In this document: positions 1 through 10,708 of the stretch, piece by piece
Position numbering within the stretch: the stretch's first letter is position 1
Layout: each line of letters starts with the position of its first letter
NCBI RefSeq assembly: GCF_963921235.1
Contig: NC_086107.1
Span: 95,730,001 to 95,794,000 of the forward strand
DNA from: Mobula hypostoma
Lineage: Eukaryota
Length of the DNA stretch: 64,000 nt
Direction: 5' to 3'
The notes under the pieces: generated by a model
Database searches by the model: none
Seen by the model: only the letters and a program-made list of their open reading frames with translations
What the model was told of the DNA's origin: nothing
Position numbers and translations under genes: made by a program

Positions 1-2450
1 CCAAATTCCTGCTGCGTCTGTGGAAGATCCTGAGAATCTTCTGGAGAAGGGGGAAGATCCCAGAACAGTGGAGAGTGGCTGAAAGGGTGTGGATCCCGAA
101 GGAGGGAAAATGCCACCCAGATAGATCAGTTCCGCATCATCTCCCTGCTGTGTGTCGAGGGGAAGATCTTCTTCAGTGCAGTTTCTAACCGGCTGTGCAC
201 CTACCTAGCAAAGAACACCTATATTGATACATCAGTCCAGAAGGGTGGCATTTCAGGGATGCCGGGCTGTCTGGAGCACATCGGTGTGGTGACACAGCTC
301 ATCAGGGAGGCCAGAGAGAACAAGGGCAACCTGTCAGTGTTGTGGCTCGACCTGGCAAATGCATACGGCTCCATTCCGCACAAGCTGGTGCAGCTCACAC
401 TGACCAAATATCACGTCCCCAGCAGAATCAGAGACCTTATCGCCGATTATTACAGCAACTTCAGGATGAGGGTCTCTTCAGGAGCAATTACATCAACCTG
501 GCACAAGGTGGAGATCGGTATCATCACAGGGTGCACTATCTCAGTGACACTGTTCTCCCTCACCATGAACATGCTCACTAAGTCTGCTGAGCCAGAGTGC
601 AGAGCGCACAGAATGAATTCCGCTCAATGGCAACCACCTATCAGGGCATTCATGGATGACCTCACAGTCACCACAGAATCAGTCCCAGGCTGCCGGAGGA
701 TTCTGCAAGGGCTCGAAAAGCTGGTGGAGTGGGCCCGGATGCGTTTCAAACCTGCCAAATCAAGATTGATGTTGCTGAGGAAAGGGAAGGTGGAGAACAA
801 GTTCCGGTTCAGCATCGCAGGCACAGCCATCCCAACCATCACAGAAAAGCCAGTCAAGAGCTTAGGCAAAGTTTTTGACAGCTCTTTAAGGGACACAACA
901 TCCATCCAGGCAACCTGCACCGAGTTGGATGGCTGGCTGAAATCTGTGGACAAGTCGGGCCTACCTGGGAAGTTTAAAGCCTGGGTGTATCAGCATGGCA
1001 TTCTTCCCAGAATCCTGTGGCCCCTCCTCATCTATGCAGTTCCGATCTCGACAGTCGAAACCTTAGAGAGGAGGGTTAGCAACCACCTCAGGAGATGGCT
1101 GGGGCTGCCAAAGAGCCTGAGCAGCATCGCACTCTATGGACACCACAACAAACTGCAACTGCCCTTCAAATCCTTGGAGGAAGAATTCAAGGTAACAAGA
1201 GCCAGAGAAGTGCTACAGTATAGGGACTCAAGTGACCCGAAGGTGGCTAGAGCAGGGATCCAAGTAAGTACTGGCAGGAAGTGGAGGGCAGAGGAAGCTG
1301 TTCAGGAGGCAGAGGCGAGGCTGCGTCACAAGAGGCTGGTGGGAGTGGTCACACAAGGCCGAGCTGGGCTAGGATCCTTTCCAACTCCCGAAATGGACAC
1401 CAGAGGGAAGGAAAGGCGTCGTCTAGTTCAGGAAGTGGTGAAAGCAGTAGTGGAGGAGATAAGAACCTGCAAGGCGGTGGGAATGAAGCAACAGGGAGCT
1501 TGGACAAGATGGGAGAATGTGGTTGAGAGGAAAGTGACCTGGGCTGATTTTTGGAAAGCTGAACCACACCGCATCCAATTTCTCATCCAGGCAGTGTACG
1601 ATGCACTTCCAAGCCCATCAAACCTGCACACATGGGGCAAGGCGGAGTCATCTGCGTGCCCACTGTGCTCCAAGCGAGGAACCCTGGAGCACATCCTCAG
1701 CGGCTGTGCAAGGGCACTTGGTGAGGGACGGTACCGATGGAGGCATGATCAGGTCCTGAAGACCATCGCTGAAGCCGGAGTTGAGTGGGCGAAGCGGTCC
1801 CGACCCTCCAAGCAGACCATTGCCTTTATCAGAGCTGGGGAGCAGCCAATGCCTGCCAAAAGAACATCTGCAGGCACCCTGACCTCTGCAAGGGACTGGC
1901 AGCTGTTGGTGGACGTCAAAGGGCAGCTGAAGTTCCCCAACCATATCGCAGCCACCACCCTGCGACCAGACATTGTCCTAGTGTCTGAGTCGACTAAGCA
2001 AGTGGTGCTGCTGGAGCTGACAGTCCCATGGGAAGATAGCTTGGAGGAGGCCTTTGAAAGGAAGCTCTCCAAGTACGCAGGACTGGTCAGCAACTGTCAG
2101 CAGGCTGGATGGAGAGCGAGGTGTCTCCCAGTGAAGGTTGGTTGTAGGGGATTCGTAGCCCATTCTTTAGTTAGAGCCTTCAGCATTTTGGGTATTGAGG
2201 GAGAGAGGAAGAGGAGAGCCATCCGCGGTACCACCGATGCGGCAGAGAGGGCCTCAAGATGGCTGTGGCTCAAAAGAGGGGAGCCATGGAGTCATAAGTA
2301 GCTAGCCATCTGGACACAAGCTGGGGTCTGATCAGCCCCGGCTGAGTAACCTGGAGGAGGTTGTATGATGTTGAAAGACCCGAAACACCCGATGATTCCA
2401 GGAACATCACTGAAGATGTATCCAGAAACATCAATAGATGTATGTACACA
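1..2450 (+). mobile_element. RLE-type non-LTR retrotransposon (HERO/R2-group-like), 3' part with 3' UTR
   Basis: ORF 259-2301 carries RT, CCHC and restriction-like endonuclease motifs. RT-like coding continues to the window start, with a frameshift near 105. A short hairpin-rich 3' UTR follows the stop. Confidence 0.9.
259..2301 (+). CDS. Reverse transcriptase + CCHC zinc finger + restriction-like endonuclease (5'-incomplete)
   Basis: WLDLANAYGS, IITGCTIS, FMDD (RT); CPLC..TLEHILSGC (CCHC); RWRHD and RPDI..LELTVPWE (PD-(D/E)xK RLE). Confidence 0.9.
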   Translation: MPGCLEHIGVVTQLIREARENKGNLSVLWLDLANAYGSIPHKLVQLTLTKYHVPSRIRDLIADYYSNFRMRVSSGAITSTWHKVEIGIITGCTISVTLFSLTMNMLTKSAEPECRAHRMNSAQWQPPIRAFMDDLTVTTESVPGCRRILQGLEKLVEWARMRFKPAKSRLMLLRKGKVENKFRFSIAGTAIPTITEKPVKSLGKVFDSSLRDTTSIQATCTELDGWLKSVDKSGLPGKFKAWVYQHGILPRILWPLLIYAVPISTVETLERRVSNHLRRWLGLPKSLSSIALYGHHNKLQLPFKSLEEEFKVTRAREVLQYRDSSDPKVARAGIQVSTGRKWRAEEAVQEAEARLRHKRLVGVVTQGRAGLGSFPTPEMDTRGKERRRLVQEVVKAVVEEIRTCKAVGMKQQGAWTRWENVVERKVTWADFWKAEPHRIQFLIQAVYDALPSPSNLHTWGKAESSACPLCSKRGTLEHILSGCARALGEGRYRWRHDQVLKTIAEAGVEWAKRSRPSKQTIAFIRAGEQPMPAKRTSAGTLTSARDWQLLVDVKGQLKFPNHIAATTLRPDIVLVSESTKQVVLLELTVPWEDSLEEAFERKLSKYAGLVSNCQQAGWRARCLPVKVGCRGFVAHSLVRAFSILGIEGERKRRAIRGTTDAAERASRWLWLKRGEPWSHK

Positions 2451-3325
2451 GCTTAAATATGTGCTGTGTGCCTCCCGGCTACCGTTGCATTCTCCGCGAA
2501 TCGGTACAGTATCTGTCCGGGGCCCAGGGGTTGGGACCACTGGGGTGGTGGGATACGGGGGTGTCATCTCATCATTGAACAGGGCAGGCAGCTCATCTTC
2601 TCTTATGACTGCCCGCCTCGATGTCGAAGGTCCAGGTTTGTCATCTGCTGTGGCTGATGTGGAAGGCTTGCTTGACTGCTGAGCCTCACGCATTTTTCTG
2701 TCACACAGTTCTTTGTAAGGACTCAAACCATCCTGCAAATATCCCCTAAACCTACGTACCCTTTCAAAATTAAAGTCGTACTTTATCATTGCAGTGAAAA
2801 TCTCACACAGTTGCTGGACGACTTCACTTTCGGTCCGTTCGCTACTGAATTTAGTTTCGATTGTTATCCTTTCCTCTTCCAATTGCATCAGCTCTTCATC
2901 TGGCAGTTCTTGGTCATGGGATGCCAAAACCTCTTCAACATCATCTTCGTCAACTTCCACAAGCCAAACTCACTTTGTCCTTGCTTCGTTCACCACGATT
3001 GAAACGTTTAATTATGTCTAGTTTTACGCTGTGTAACATCCTTACGAGCTCTTTCAGGCTTTTCTGACACCTTAGAACTCATCTTGCTAACGGCTGTTCA
3101 ATGCAACGTGTTTAAGCAATACCGGCGAGAATGCAGTTCCGAATCCGGGGGAGAGTGGCTGCTCGGGGCGCACTGCCCTTTATCACGTGCTGATTTTTTA
3201 TCGCACGCTGCCTTTCTTCGTGACAGTGAAAACACCTTCCGAAAGCGAAAACAGGGTACTAATGTAGGTCTTTCGTAACAGTGAGGTTTCATAAAGTGAA
3301 CGTTCGAAAAGCGGGGGAGCACCTG
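2451..3325 (-). mobile_element. Tigger/pogo-like DNA transposon deletion derivative
   Basis: Minus-strand terminus TA|CAGGTGCTCCCCCGCTTTTCGAACG. Acidic C-terminal transposase-like remnant EVDEDDVEEVLASHDQELPDEELMQLEEER. Confidence 0.65.
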
Positions 3326-3872
3326 TATCACAGAAACACATGACAAACCAAGACTGAAAAACTGACAAAACCACATAATTATAACATATAGTTACAACAG
3401 TGCAAAGCAATACCGTAATTTGATAAGAACAGACCATGGGCATGGTAAAGTCTCAAAGTCTCTCAAAAGTCCCATCATCTCACGCAGACGGTAAACCTCC
3501 AGCGCCGCAAACTTGCCGATGCAGCATCCTGGAAGCATCCGACCACAGTCCGACTCCGAGTCCGTCCGAAAACTCCGAGCCTCCGACCAGCTCTCCAACA
3601 CTGAGAACCGAGCACCATCTCTGCCGAGTGCTTCGACCCCGGCCCCGGCAACAGGCAATAGGCAAAGCCAAGGATTTGGGGCCTTCCCCTCCAGAGGTTC
3701 TCGATTGCGCAGTAGCAGCGGCAGCGAAGCGGGCATTTCAGAAGTTTCTCCAGATGTTCCTCCATGCTTCTTCATGTCTGTCTCTACCAAATCAGGATTG
3801 TGCACGGCATCCTACTTCACAGATACAATATCATTCGGAACGACCGTGCACGCTGTGTTGCGCCGCCATCTT
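3326..3872 (-). mobile_element. Non-autonomous LINE-derived/SINE-like element with AAGATGGCG 5' end
   Basis: Ends in GCCATCTT on the plus strand. Clearly related to the copy at 55645-56190. Confidence 0.55.
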
Positions 3873-5775
3873 CTGAAGATTATAAGGCTAGCAGGATGGA
3901 GCTTAAGAAAGAAATTAGGAGAGCTGGAAGGGACCATGAGAAGGCATTGGTGGACAGGATTAAGGAAAACCCCAAGGCATTCTACAAGTATGTGAAGAGC
4001 AAGAGGATAAGACGTGAGAGAATAGGACCAATCAAGTGTGACAGTGGAAAAGTGTGTATGGAACTGAAGGAGATAGCAGAGGTACTTAATGAGTATTTTG
4101 TTTCAGTATTCACTACAGAAAAGGATACCTTACAGTGAACTGAAAAGCTTGACCATGTAGGTATTGAGAAAGAAGATGTGCTGGGACTTTTGGAAAGCAT
4201 CAAGTTGGATGAGTCACCGGAACCGGACGAAATGTACCCCAGGCTACTGTGGGAGGTGAGGGAGGAGATTGCTGAGCCTCTGGCGATGATCTTTGCATCA
4301 TCAGTGGGGATGAGAGGGGTTCCAGAGGATTGGAGGGTTGTGGATGTTGTTCCATTGTTCAAGAAAGAGAGTAGAGATAGCTCAGGAAATATAGACCAGT
4401 GAGTCTTACTTCAGTGGTTGGTAAGTTGATGGAGAAGATTCTGAATTTATGAACAGAATTTATGAGCAGAATTTATGAACATTTGGAAAGGCGTAATATG
4501 ATTAGGAATAGTCAGCACGGCTTTGTGAAAGGCAGGTCATGCCTTATAAGCCTGATTGAATTTTTTGAAAATATGACTAAAAACATTGATGAAGGTAGAG
4601 CAGTAGATGTAGTGTATATGGATTTCAGGAAGGCATTGACAAGGTACCCGATGCAAGGCTTATTGAGAAAGTAAGGAGGCATGGGATCCAAGGGCATATT
4701 GCTTTGTGGATCCAGAAATGGCTTGCCCACAGAAGGCAAAGAGTGGTTGTAGACGGGTCATACTCTGCATGGAGGTTGGTCACCAGTGGTGTGCCTCAGG
4801 GATCTGTTCTGGGAATCCTGCTCTTCGTGATTTTTATAAATGACTTGGATGAAGAAGCAGAGGGATTGGTTAGTAAATTTGCTGATGACACAAAGGTTAG
4901 GGGAGTTGTGGATAGTGTGAAGGGCTGTCAGATGTTACAGCAGGACATTGATAGGATGCAAAATTGGGCTGAGAAGTGGCAGATGGAGTTCAACCCAGAT
5001 AAGTGTGTAGTGGTTCATTTTGGTAGATCAAATATGATGGCAGAATATGGTATTAATGGTAAGACTCTTGGCAGTGTGGAGGATCAGAGGAATCTTGGGG
5101 TCCGAGTCCATAGGACACTCAAACCTGCTGCGCAGATTGATTCTGTGGTTAAGAAAGCAAGCGGTGCATTGGCCTTCATCAATCTTGGGACTGAGTTTAG
5201 GAGCCGAGAGGTAATGTTGCAGCTCTACTGATCAAACCCCACTTGGAGTAGAGCTCAGTTCTGGTCACCTCACTCCAGGAAGGATGTGGAAACCATAGAA
5301 AGGGTGCAGAGGAGATTTACGAGGATGTTGCCTGGATTGGCAAGCATGCCTTATGAGAATAGGTTGAGTGAACTCGGCCTTTTCTCCTTGGAGCGACGGA
5401 GGATGAGAGGTGACCTGATAGAGGTGTATAAGATGATGAGAGGCATTGATTGTGTGGACAGTCAGAGGCTTTTTCCCAGGGCTGAAATGGCTAGCATGAG
5501 AGGGCACAGTTTTGAGGTGCTTGGGAGTAGGTACAGAGAAGATGTCAGGGGTAAGTTTTTTTTCGCAGAGAGTGGTGAGTGCGTGGAACGGGCTGCCGGC
5601 AACGGTGGTGGAGGCGGATACGATTGGGTCTTTTAAGAGACTCCTGGACAGGTATATGGAGCTTAGAAAAATAGAGGGCTATGGGTAACCCAAAGTAATT
5701 TCTATGGTAAGGACATGTTTGGCACAGCTTTGTGTGCTGAAGGGCCTGTATTGTGCTGTAAGTTTTCTATGTTTC
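3873..5775 (+). mobile_element. CR1 LINE, 5'-truncated and frameshifted ORF2 (RT)
   Basis: KENPKAFYKY, QHGFVKGRSC, GVPQGSVLG, KFADD, ERVQRRFTRM fragments; TTCTATG tail. Confidence 0.9.
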
Positions 5776-6386
5776 TTCCCAGTGAATCTCCTTTCACAGC
5801 CCATTCAGGAAGAGTGTTCCATTTCACAACTCTCTGCCTGAAAACATCTTTTCCTGGCCTCAGCACCTTGTCCTCTGCCAATGGAATTAATTTATCTGTA
5901 TTCTTCTGGTACATTTCAGATTGTGGTGCCTCTGTAAATCTCCTTCACTGTTCAAAGAACAAACCCAACTTCCCCAGACTCTACACAGTCCTCTAAATCA
6001 TCTTTCCAACCCTACCCGTCCTCCTGACCCTTGCTCAGTTACATCACTCTGCTCTCTCTGTCCTTCCACCTTTTCCCCTTCTCTGACCCACATCCAATGC
6101 TCTCTCTTTCTTGCCCTCAACCTCCACTTGCCTCCTTTATTGTGCCCTCCCCTCCTTACCCCTATTCCAGCCCTTCCTTGACTCCCATTCCCTCTGATGC
6201 ACTGTCCCCCGCTGACCCATTCATTCCCAACGTTAACCCCCAACTGTTGACTGCTTGGACCACCCACTGCCCACACCCTCCTCTGCTGGGCCCCTTCTCT
6301 CTTACACACAGAGCGCCAAATCCATCAATCCAGAGCCACTGTTTGAAATTATAAGGTATACAAGCAGGTAGTGTGTTTAAGAGGAA

Positions 6387-6392
6387 TTTATT
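6387..6392 (-). terminator. Polyadenylation signal of the PTH-like gene
   Basis: AATAAA on the minus strand about 90 nt after the TAA stop at 6482-6480. Confidence 0.7.
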
Positions 6393-6479
6393 GGCGTTCA
6401 GGAGCGAATCAGAAGTGTGAGAACAGAGACACCACCTGTCCGCGCTGGATGTCCGTGCTCCCTTGGTCTCTCCACCGCT

Positions 6480-6493
6480 TTAACTATTACATC
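6480..6493 (-). CDS. PTH-like gene: terminal coding exon ((G)CNS-stop)
   Basis: Acceptor ctcttcttgtccag|GA TGT AAT AGT TAA after a 103-bp intron, followed by AATAAA. Confidence 0.7.
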
Positions 6494-8105
6494 CTGGACA
6501 AGAAGAGTCACGTTTTAGTTTGAGAACTTGTCTATATTCTGTTAAAAAGTGAGAAGTAATTTTGTAAAAGCAAAACAGTTACTATGTCACACTGACCTGG
6601 CATATCAGGCGTCAGTCGGCACAGTTTCTCCTTAATATATTGTCTGCGTGCTTCTTCTTCCCTCGCCTTTGCTATTTCGTTCATTAGCACAATTTCAGCA
6701 GTTTCCCTCTTTGCTGCCTCGTTGGGGCCTGGCTTCAGAAAATCAGCGAACCAGCCATCGGCTGGGAGCTCCTCAATTATCTGGGCCCTAGACGTGGACA
6801 AAAACAGCCATCCTGAGCCTGCCAGTGAGGGAATCAGGCCTTGCGGAGTACTGTCTGCAGGAAGGGAAGGGTAGGGCACGGTGTGTCTAAATGGTGGAGG
6901 GTGTCAAAGTTTTGAAAGATGAGGGAAGTGAGGAGGATGAGGAACTGGCACCAATGGTTGGTGGACCAGATTGCCCACTCACATTGCAGCCATGGGGACC
7001 CCTTCACTACTGGCCCTCCATTTCAGGAGCATCCACCCAGGGGAGATGTATTTTATTCGTACTGCCAGTGTCAGTTCATACCTCCCACAATACTGCCTCA
7101 TGTTCCTGCACACCTCCCTCAGTATTGTTCCCTGACACTACCCACCTCCCTCAGAAATGCACACAAAAGCACTACACCACTCCCTCAGAACTGCCCCCTC
7201 TACTGCCCATCTCCCTCAGAACTGCCCCTGACACTGCCCACCTCCCACAGTAATGCCCACCTGTTGCTGAACAGCTCCCTCAGTACCGAGCTCCGGCAGT
7301 AGCCACTTTCCTGACTAATGCCCCGGACACTTCCCTCCTCCCACAGTATTGCCCCAGACACTTATCACCATCCTCCCCCCCCACCCCCCTCAGTACTACA
7401 ACCGTACACTGTCCACCCTCCTCAGTAATGCACTCAAGACACTGCTTCCATCCCGCACTACTGCCCCTGACATTGACTAACTCCTGATTACAGCACCCCC
7501 GCAGAAACTACACACCACCCTCTTAATGGTCCTCCGTTGCTGATCACCTCCCTTGTTACTGCCTCGCCCCAAGTCTGCCCCACTCCCTCAGCCCCGTGCA
7601 TTTTCGGAGCAATGGAAACGTCCTGTAAATTCTTGGTTCCAACTCTCTCCCAGGAAACTGTGTTGGAAGTGTTTGGCTTTGTCAAGTGTCAGTCTGATGC
7701 TCTTCATAACAACTGACACGTGTCAATCACAGAGTGCCTGACGATGAGACAAATATCTCTGTCAGGGCCTGTTTTATGTCTCCCCTGGTTTCCCACAATG
7801 CACTTGGTTAGGCCCCCGAGGGATTCAACCACCTTTTTGTGAGTTAAGACCACCAGCACTTCCTCTCTCTTCTCGTGGACATGATCCAAGCTATCACTAT
7901 TCTCTCCCTGAATTCCCGAGCTCCCATGACCTTCTCCACATTTAATACAGACGGCACGTGGGCAACAACAACTGTTGCTGAGGGGATTTTACCTCTCTGA
8001 GTGTCGAGCCGAGGCAGGAACAGCTTCAGCACACGGGGGTAGGATACAGCTCAGTCCCAGTACCAGTCCCATCAGCAGCACTCGAGCATAGGACCAAGGC
8101 TCCAT
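6480..8105 (-). CDS. Parathyroid-hormone-family prepropeptide, 105 aa, spliced: join(8105-7993, 6787-6597, 6493-6480)
   Basis: Canonical GT-AG introns with pyrimidine tracts and matching phases (2, then 1). Protein: MEPWSYARVLLMGLVLGLSCILPPCAEA-VPASARHSERAQIIEELPADGWFADFLKPGPNEAAKR-ETAEIVLMNEIAKAREEEARRQYIKEKLCRLTPDMPGCNS*. Mature part matches PTH1-28 at E4, I5, L7, M8, K13, R20, K27, L28. Confidence 0.85.
6597..6787 (-). CDS. PTH-like gene: pro-region + KR + mature peptide exon
   Basis: Acceptor ctgtttttgtccacgtctag|G, donor CCAG|gtcagt; 191 bp. KR codons at 6711-6706; mature peptide starts at 6705. Confidence 0.85.
7075..7500. repeat. Degenerate C-rich tandem repeat in a PTH-like gene intron
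   Basis: Recurring cctccc(t/a)cagta..gcccc.gacact units. Confidence 0.6.
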
Positions 8106-8108
8106 GAC
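7993..8108 (-). CDS. PTH-like gene: signal-peptide exon (ATG at 8105-8103)
   Basis: Acceptor ttgtttctctcacag|GTCATGG (good Kozak context) and donor GAG|gtaaaa. Hydrophobic core VLLMGLVLGLSCIL and A-E-A cleavage motif. Confidence 0.85.
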
Positions 8109-9172
8109 CTGTGAGAGAAACAAGAAACAACGGCCTGAATGTTCGTTTCAGGCCCGCGGTAAAACACAGGGCAGGTTGGGGCTGCAGCTTGTGTGAAACC
8201 AGTGGAGTTACATTCTGCCAACGGGACTGGTTCTTCCTCAAGGATGTAGCTGGCAATCGTGGCTGATCCACTTTCCTCTCAACCCCATTCTCCTGGCCTC
8301 TTCCTATAACCTTTCATGCCCTAACTAATCATGAACCTATCAACCTCTGCCTTAAATACACCCAATGACCTGGCCTCCACAGCCACCTGTGGCAACGAAT
8401 TCCACAGATTTGTCATCGTCTAGTTACAGAAATTCCTCCTTATCTCTGTTCTAAATGAATGTCCCTCTATTCTGAGGTTGTGCCCTCTTGCTTGACCGTC
8501 CCCCACTATAGGAAACATCCTCTCCATATCCACTCTATCTAGGTCTTTCAATATTTAATGAGATCCCTCCTCATTCTTCTAAATTCCAGCGAGTTCAGGC
8601 CCAGAACCATCAAATTCATGAACTTCTGGCATAATACTACTGTTTTCCACAGTGAAGACTAATGCAAAATATTTATTTAGTTCATCTGTCATTCCTTTGT
8701 CCCCCATTACTACCTCTCCAGCATTATTTTCCAGTGGTCTGATATCTACTCTCGCCTCCCTTTTACTCTTTATGTATTTGAAAATAAAAAAAGTTTGATA
8801 TCCTCTTTGATATTATTGGCTTGCTTACCTTCATATTTCATCTTTTCCCTCCAGTAGGCTATTTAGTTGCCTTCTGTTGGTTTTTAAAAGCTTCCCACTA
8901 ATGTTTGTTCTATGATGTGCCCTCTCTTTTGCTTTTCTGATGGATTTGACTTCCCATGTCAGCCATGATTGTGTCATTTTGCCTTTAGAATACTACTTGT
9001 TTTTTGGGATACTGTATATCAAGCCTGTGTCTTCCAGATTGTTCTCAGAAACTCCAGCCATTGCTGCTCTGCCATCATCCCTGCTAGTGTTCCCTCCCAA
9101 TCAAATTTGGCCAGCTCCTCTCTCATGTCCCTGTAATTCCCTTAACTCCATAATACTGATACATTTGACTTT

Positions 9173-10708
9173 TGTCACAATGGGGCGGGGGCATACAGCG
9201 CAAGGGTGGACCCAAGTGCAAGACACATCTTGTGAGGTTAATTAAATTGAGTTTATTGTTTGATGCCAGGAGAGCAAAGCAGGAGCAGGAATAGCGAACC
9301 GGACAAGGACTCAGGACTACAACTAGGCTGGGACGAGGGTCTGGGCTACGACTCGGAATTGGATCCCAGAACTAGAGGCGACATGAAGAGGTTACAGTAT
9401 GGACTCCGAGCCAGGGACTGGGCAAGGACCCAGTACCTGGGTCTTGCCTCGGGCTTGGACCCCAGAACCAGGCATGGACATGACATGGGCTAGGGAGAGG
9501 AGGAACATGGAAAGACAGAGCCTCGATCTCAGCAGAGCAGGTACATGGAACCATGGACACATATACAGAACACAGAGTCGGGACCTCTCCTTGGGTACAG
9601 GACAAAAGGCTGGGACTCACACACAGAACAGAGAGCTGGGACCCCTCCTTGGGTACAGGACATAGGGCCGGGACCCATGACCCCCTGCAGGGCGATGGCA
9701 AGACGGCTTGACTTACCCCATGGAGGTGAGGACAAGACAAGACAAAACATAACCTACCGTGGGGCAACGGCAAGATGGCCAGACTTACCCCACGGAGGCG
9801 AGGACAAGACAAGACCAACACAAAAAAATACCGGACAGTACCTATCTAGCTCCGGCGATAGAACTAGACTGAAGTGCAGGCAAGGGCTGCAGACGAGGGC
9901 TAGAGGCGAGAGGGGCAGAGAAGGGATTCAGACAGGGCGGTAGGACAGGAATCACTGACCGCCAGGGCCAGGACTTGACTCGGAACTTGGATGCCGCCAG
10001 GGCTGGGACTCGACTCGGAACCGACTCGGAACTTGGATGCTGCCAGGGCCGGGGCTCGACTTGGAACTTGGATGCCGCCAGGGCAGGGAGTTGACTCGGA
10101 ACTTGGATGCCGCCAGGGACGGGACTTGACTCAGTACGTGGATGCCGCCAGGGCCAGCACTTGACTTGGAACTTGGATGCTGCCAGGGTCAGGACTTGAC
10201 TCGGTACATGGATGCTGCCAGGGCCAGAACTTGACTGGGTATTTGGATGCCCCCGGAGCCAGGACTTGACTTGGAGCCTCCGTTAGTGGTGAGCTCTCGA
10301 CTCGGCCCGGGAACAGTAGACAGCGGTTCTTGATTCCCTCCGGCAGGTTAACTGACGGACCCACCTCGGTGAGGAAACTTTGCAGGCTCGCTTTGGCGAG
10401 GTAACTTGACAGGGTTGCTCCGGTGAGGAAAGGCGAATTACCGGCACTCGCTTCGGGCGGACACTAGGCTTGCTCCAGCCAGATGACATTGGCACACCGT
10501 ACCTTTGGTGACTTTGCAAACACTCTCGCGCTGAACAGCTGAAAGCCGGAGACTATAAACTACCGGTTCAGTCGAGAGTAAATTGCCTCCAATCACCAAA
10601 GCCGAGGGACACAGGAAAACAGGGAATCAAAGGGAAACAGGGAGTCAACGATCCAGATCATAACATAAACAAAGTAAATTGAAAGGGACCCCAATCCAGA
10701 CCATGACA
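9173..10708. mobile_element. Solo LTR (Gypsy-like)
   Basis: Termini TGTCA...TGACA with a perfect 5-bp target-site duplication ACTTT (9168-9172 and 10709-10713). Confidence 0.8.
9960..10275. repeat. ~35-bp tandem repeat inside the solo LTR
   Basis: About 9 units of ggacttgactcggaacttggatgccgccagggcc. Confidence 0.85.

Noticed and set aside
2360..2425. Hammerhead-like words (CGAAAC, CGATGA, CTGAAGA) in the RLE element 3' UTR
   Set aside because: I could not assemble the core boxes in the right order with three supporting stems.
2292..2960. 222-aa acidic ORF as a host gene
   Set aside because: Read-through of a Tigger-like transposase tail into the antisense retroelement 3' UTR.
6000..6310. 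Pro/Leu-rich ORFs downstream of the PTH-like gene
   Set aside because: Pyrimidine-rich low-complexity sequence beyond the poly(A) signal.
6788..6879. 5' extension of ORF 6532-6879 and the strong acceptor at 6855-6856
   Set aside because: Splicing the phase-2 signal exon to 6854 hits a stop after about 22 codons. The acceptor at 6789-6788 gives the open precursor, so the ORF's N-terminus is intronic.
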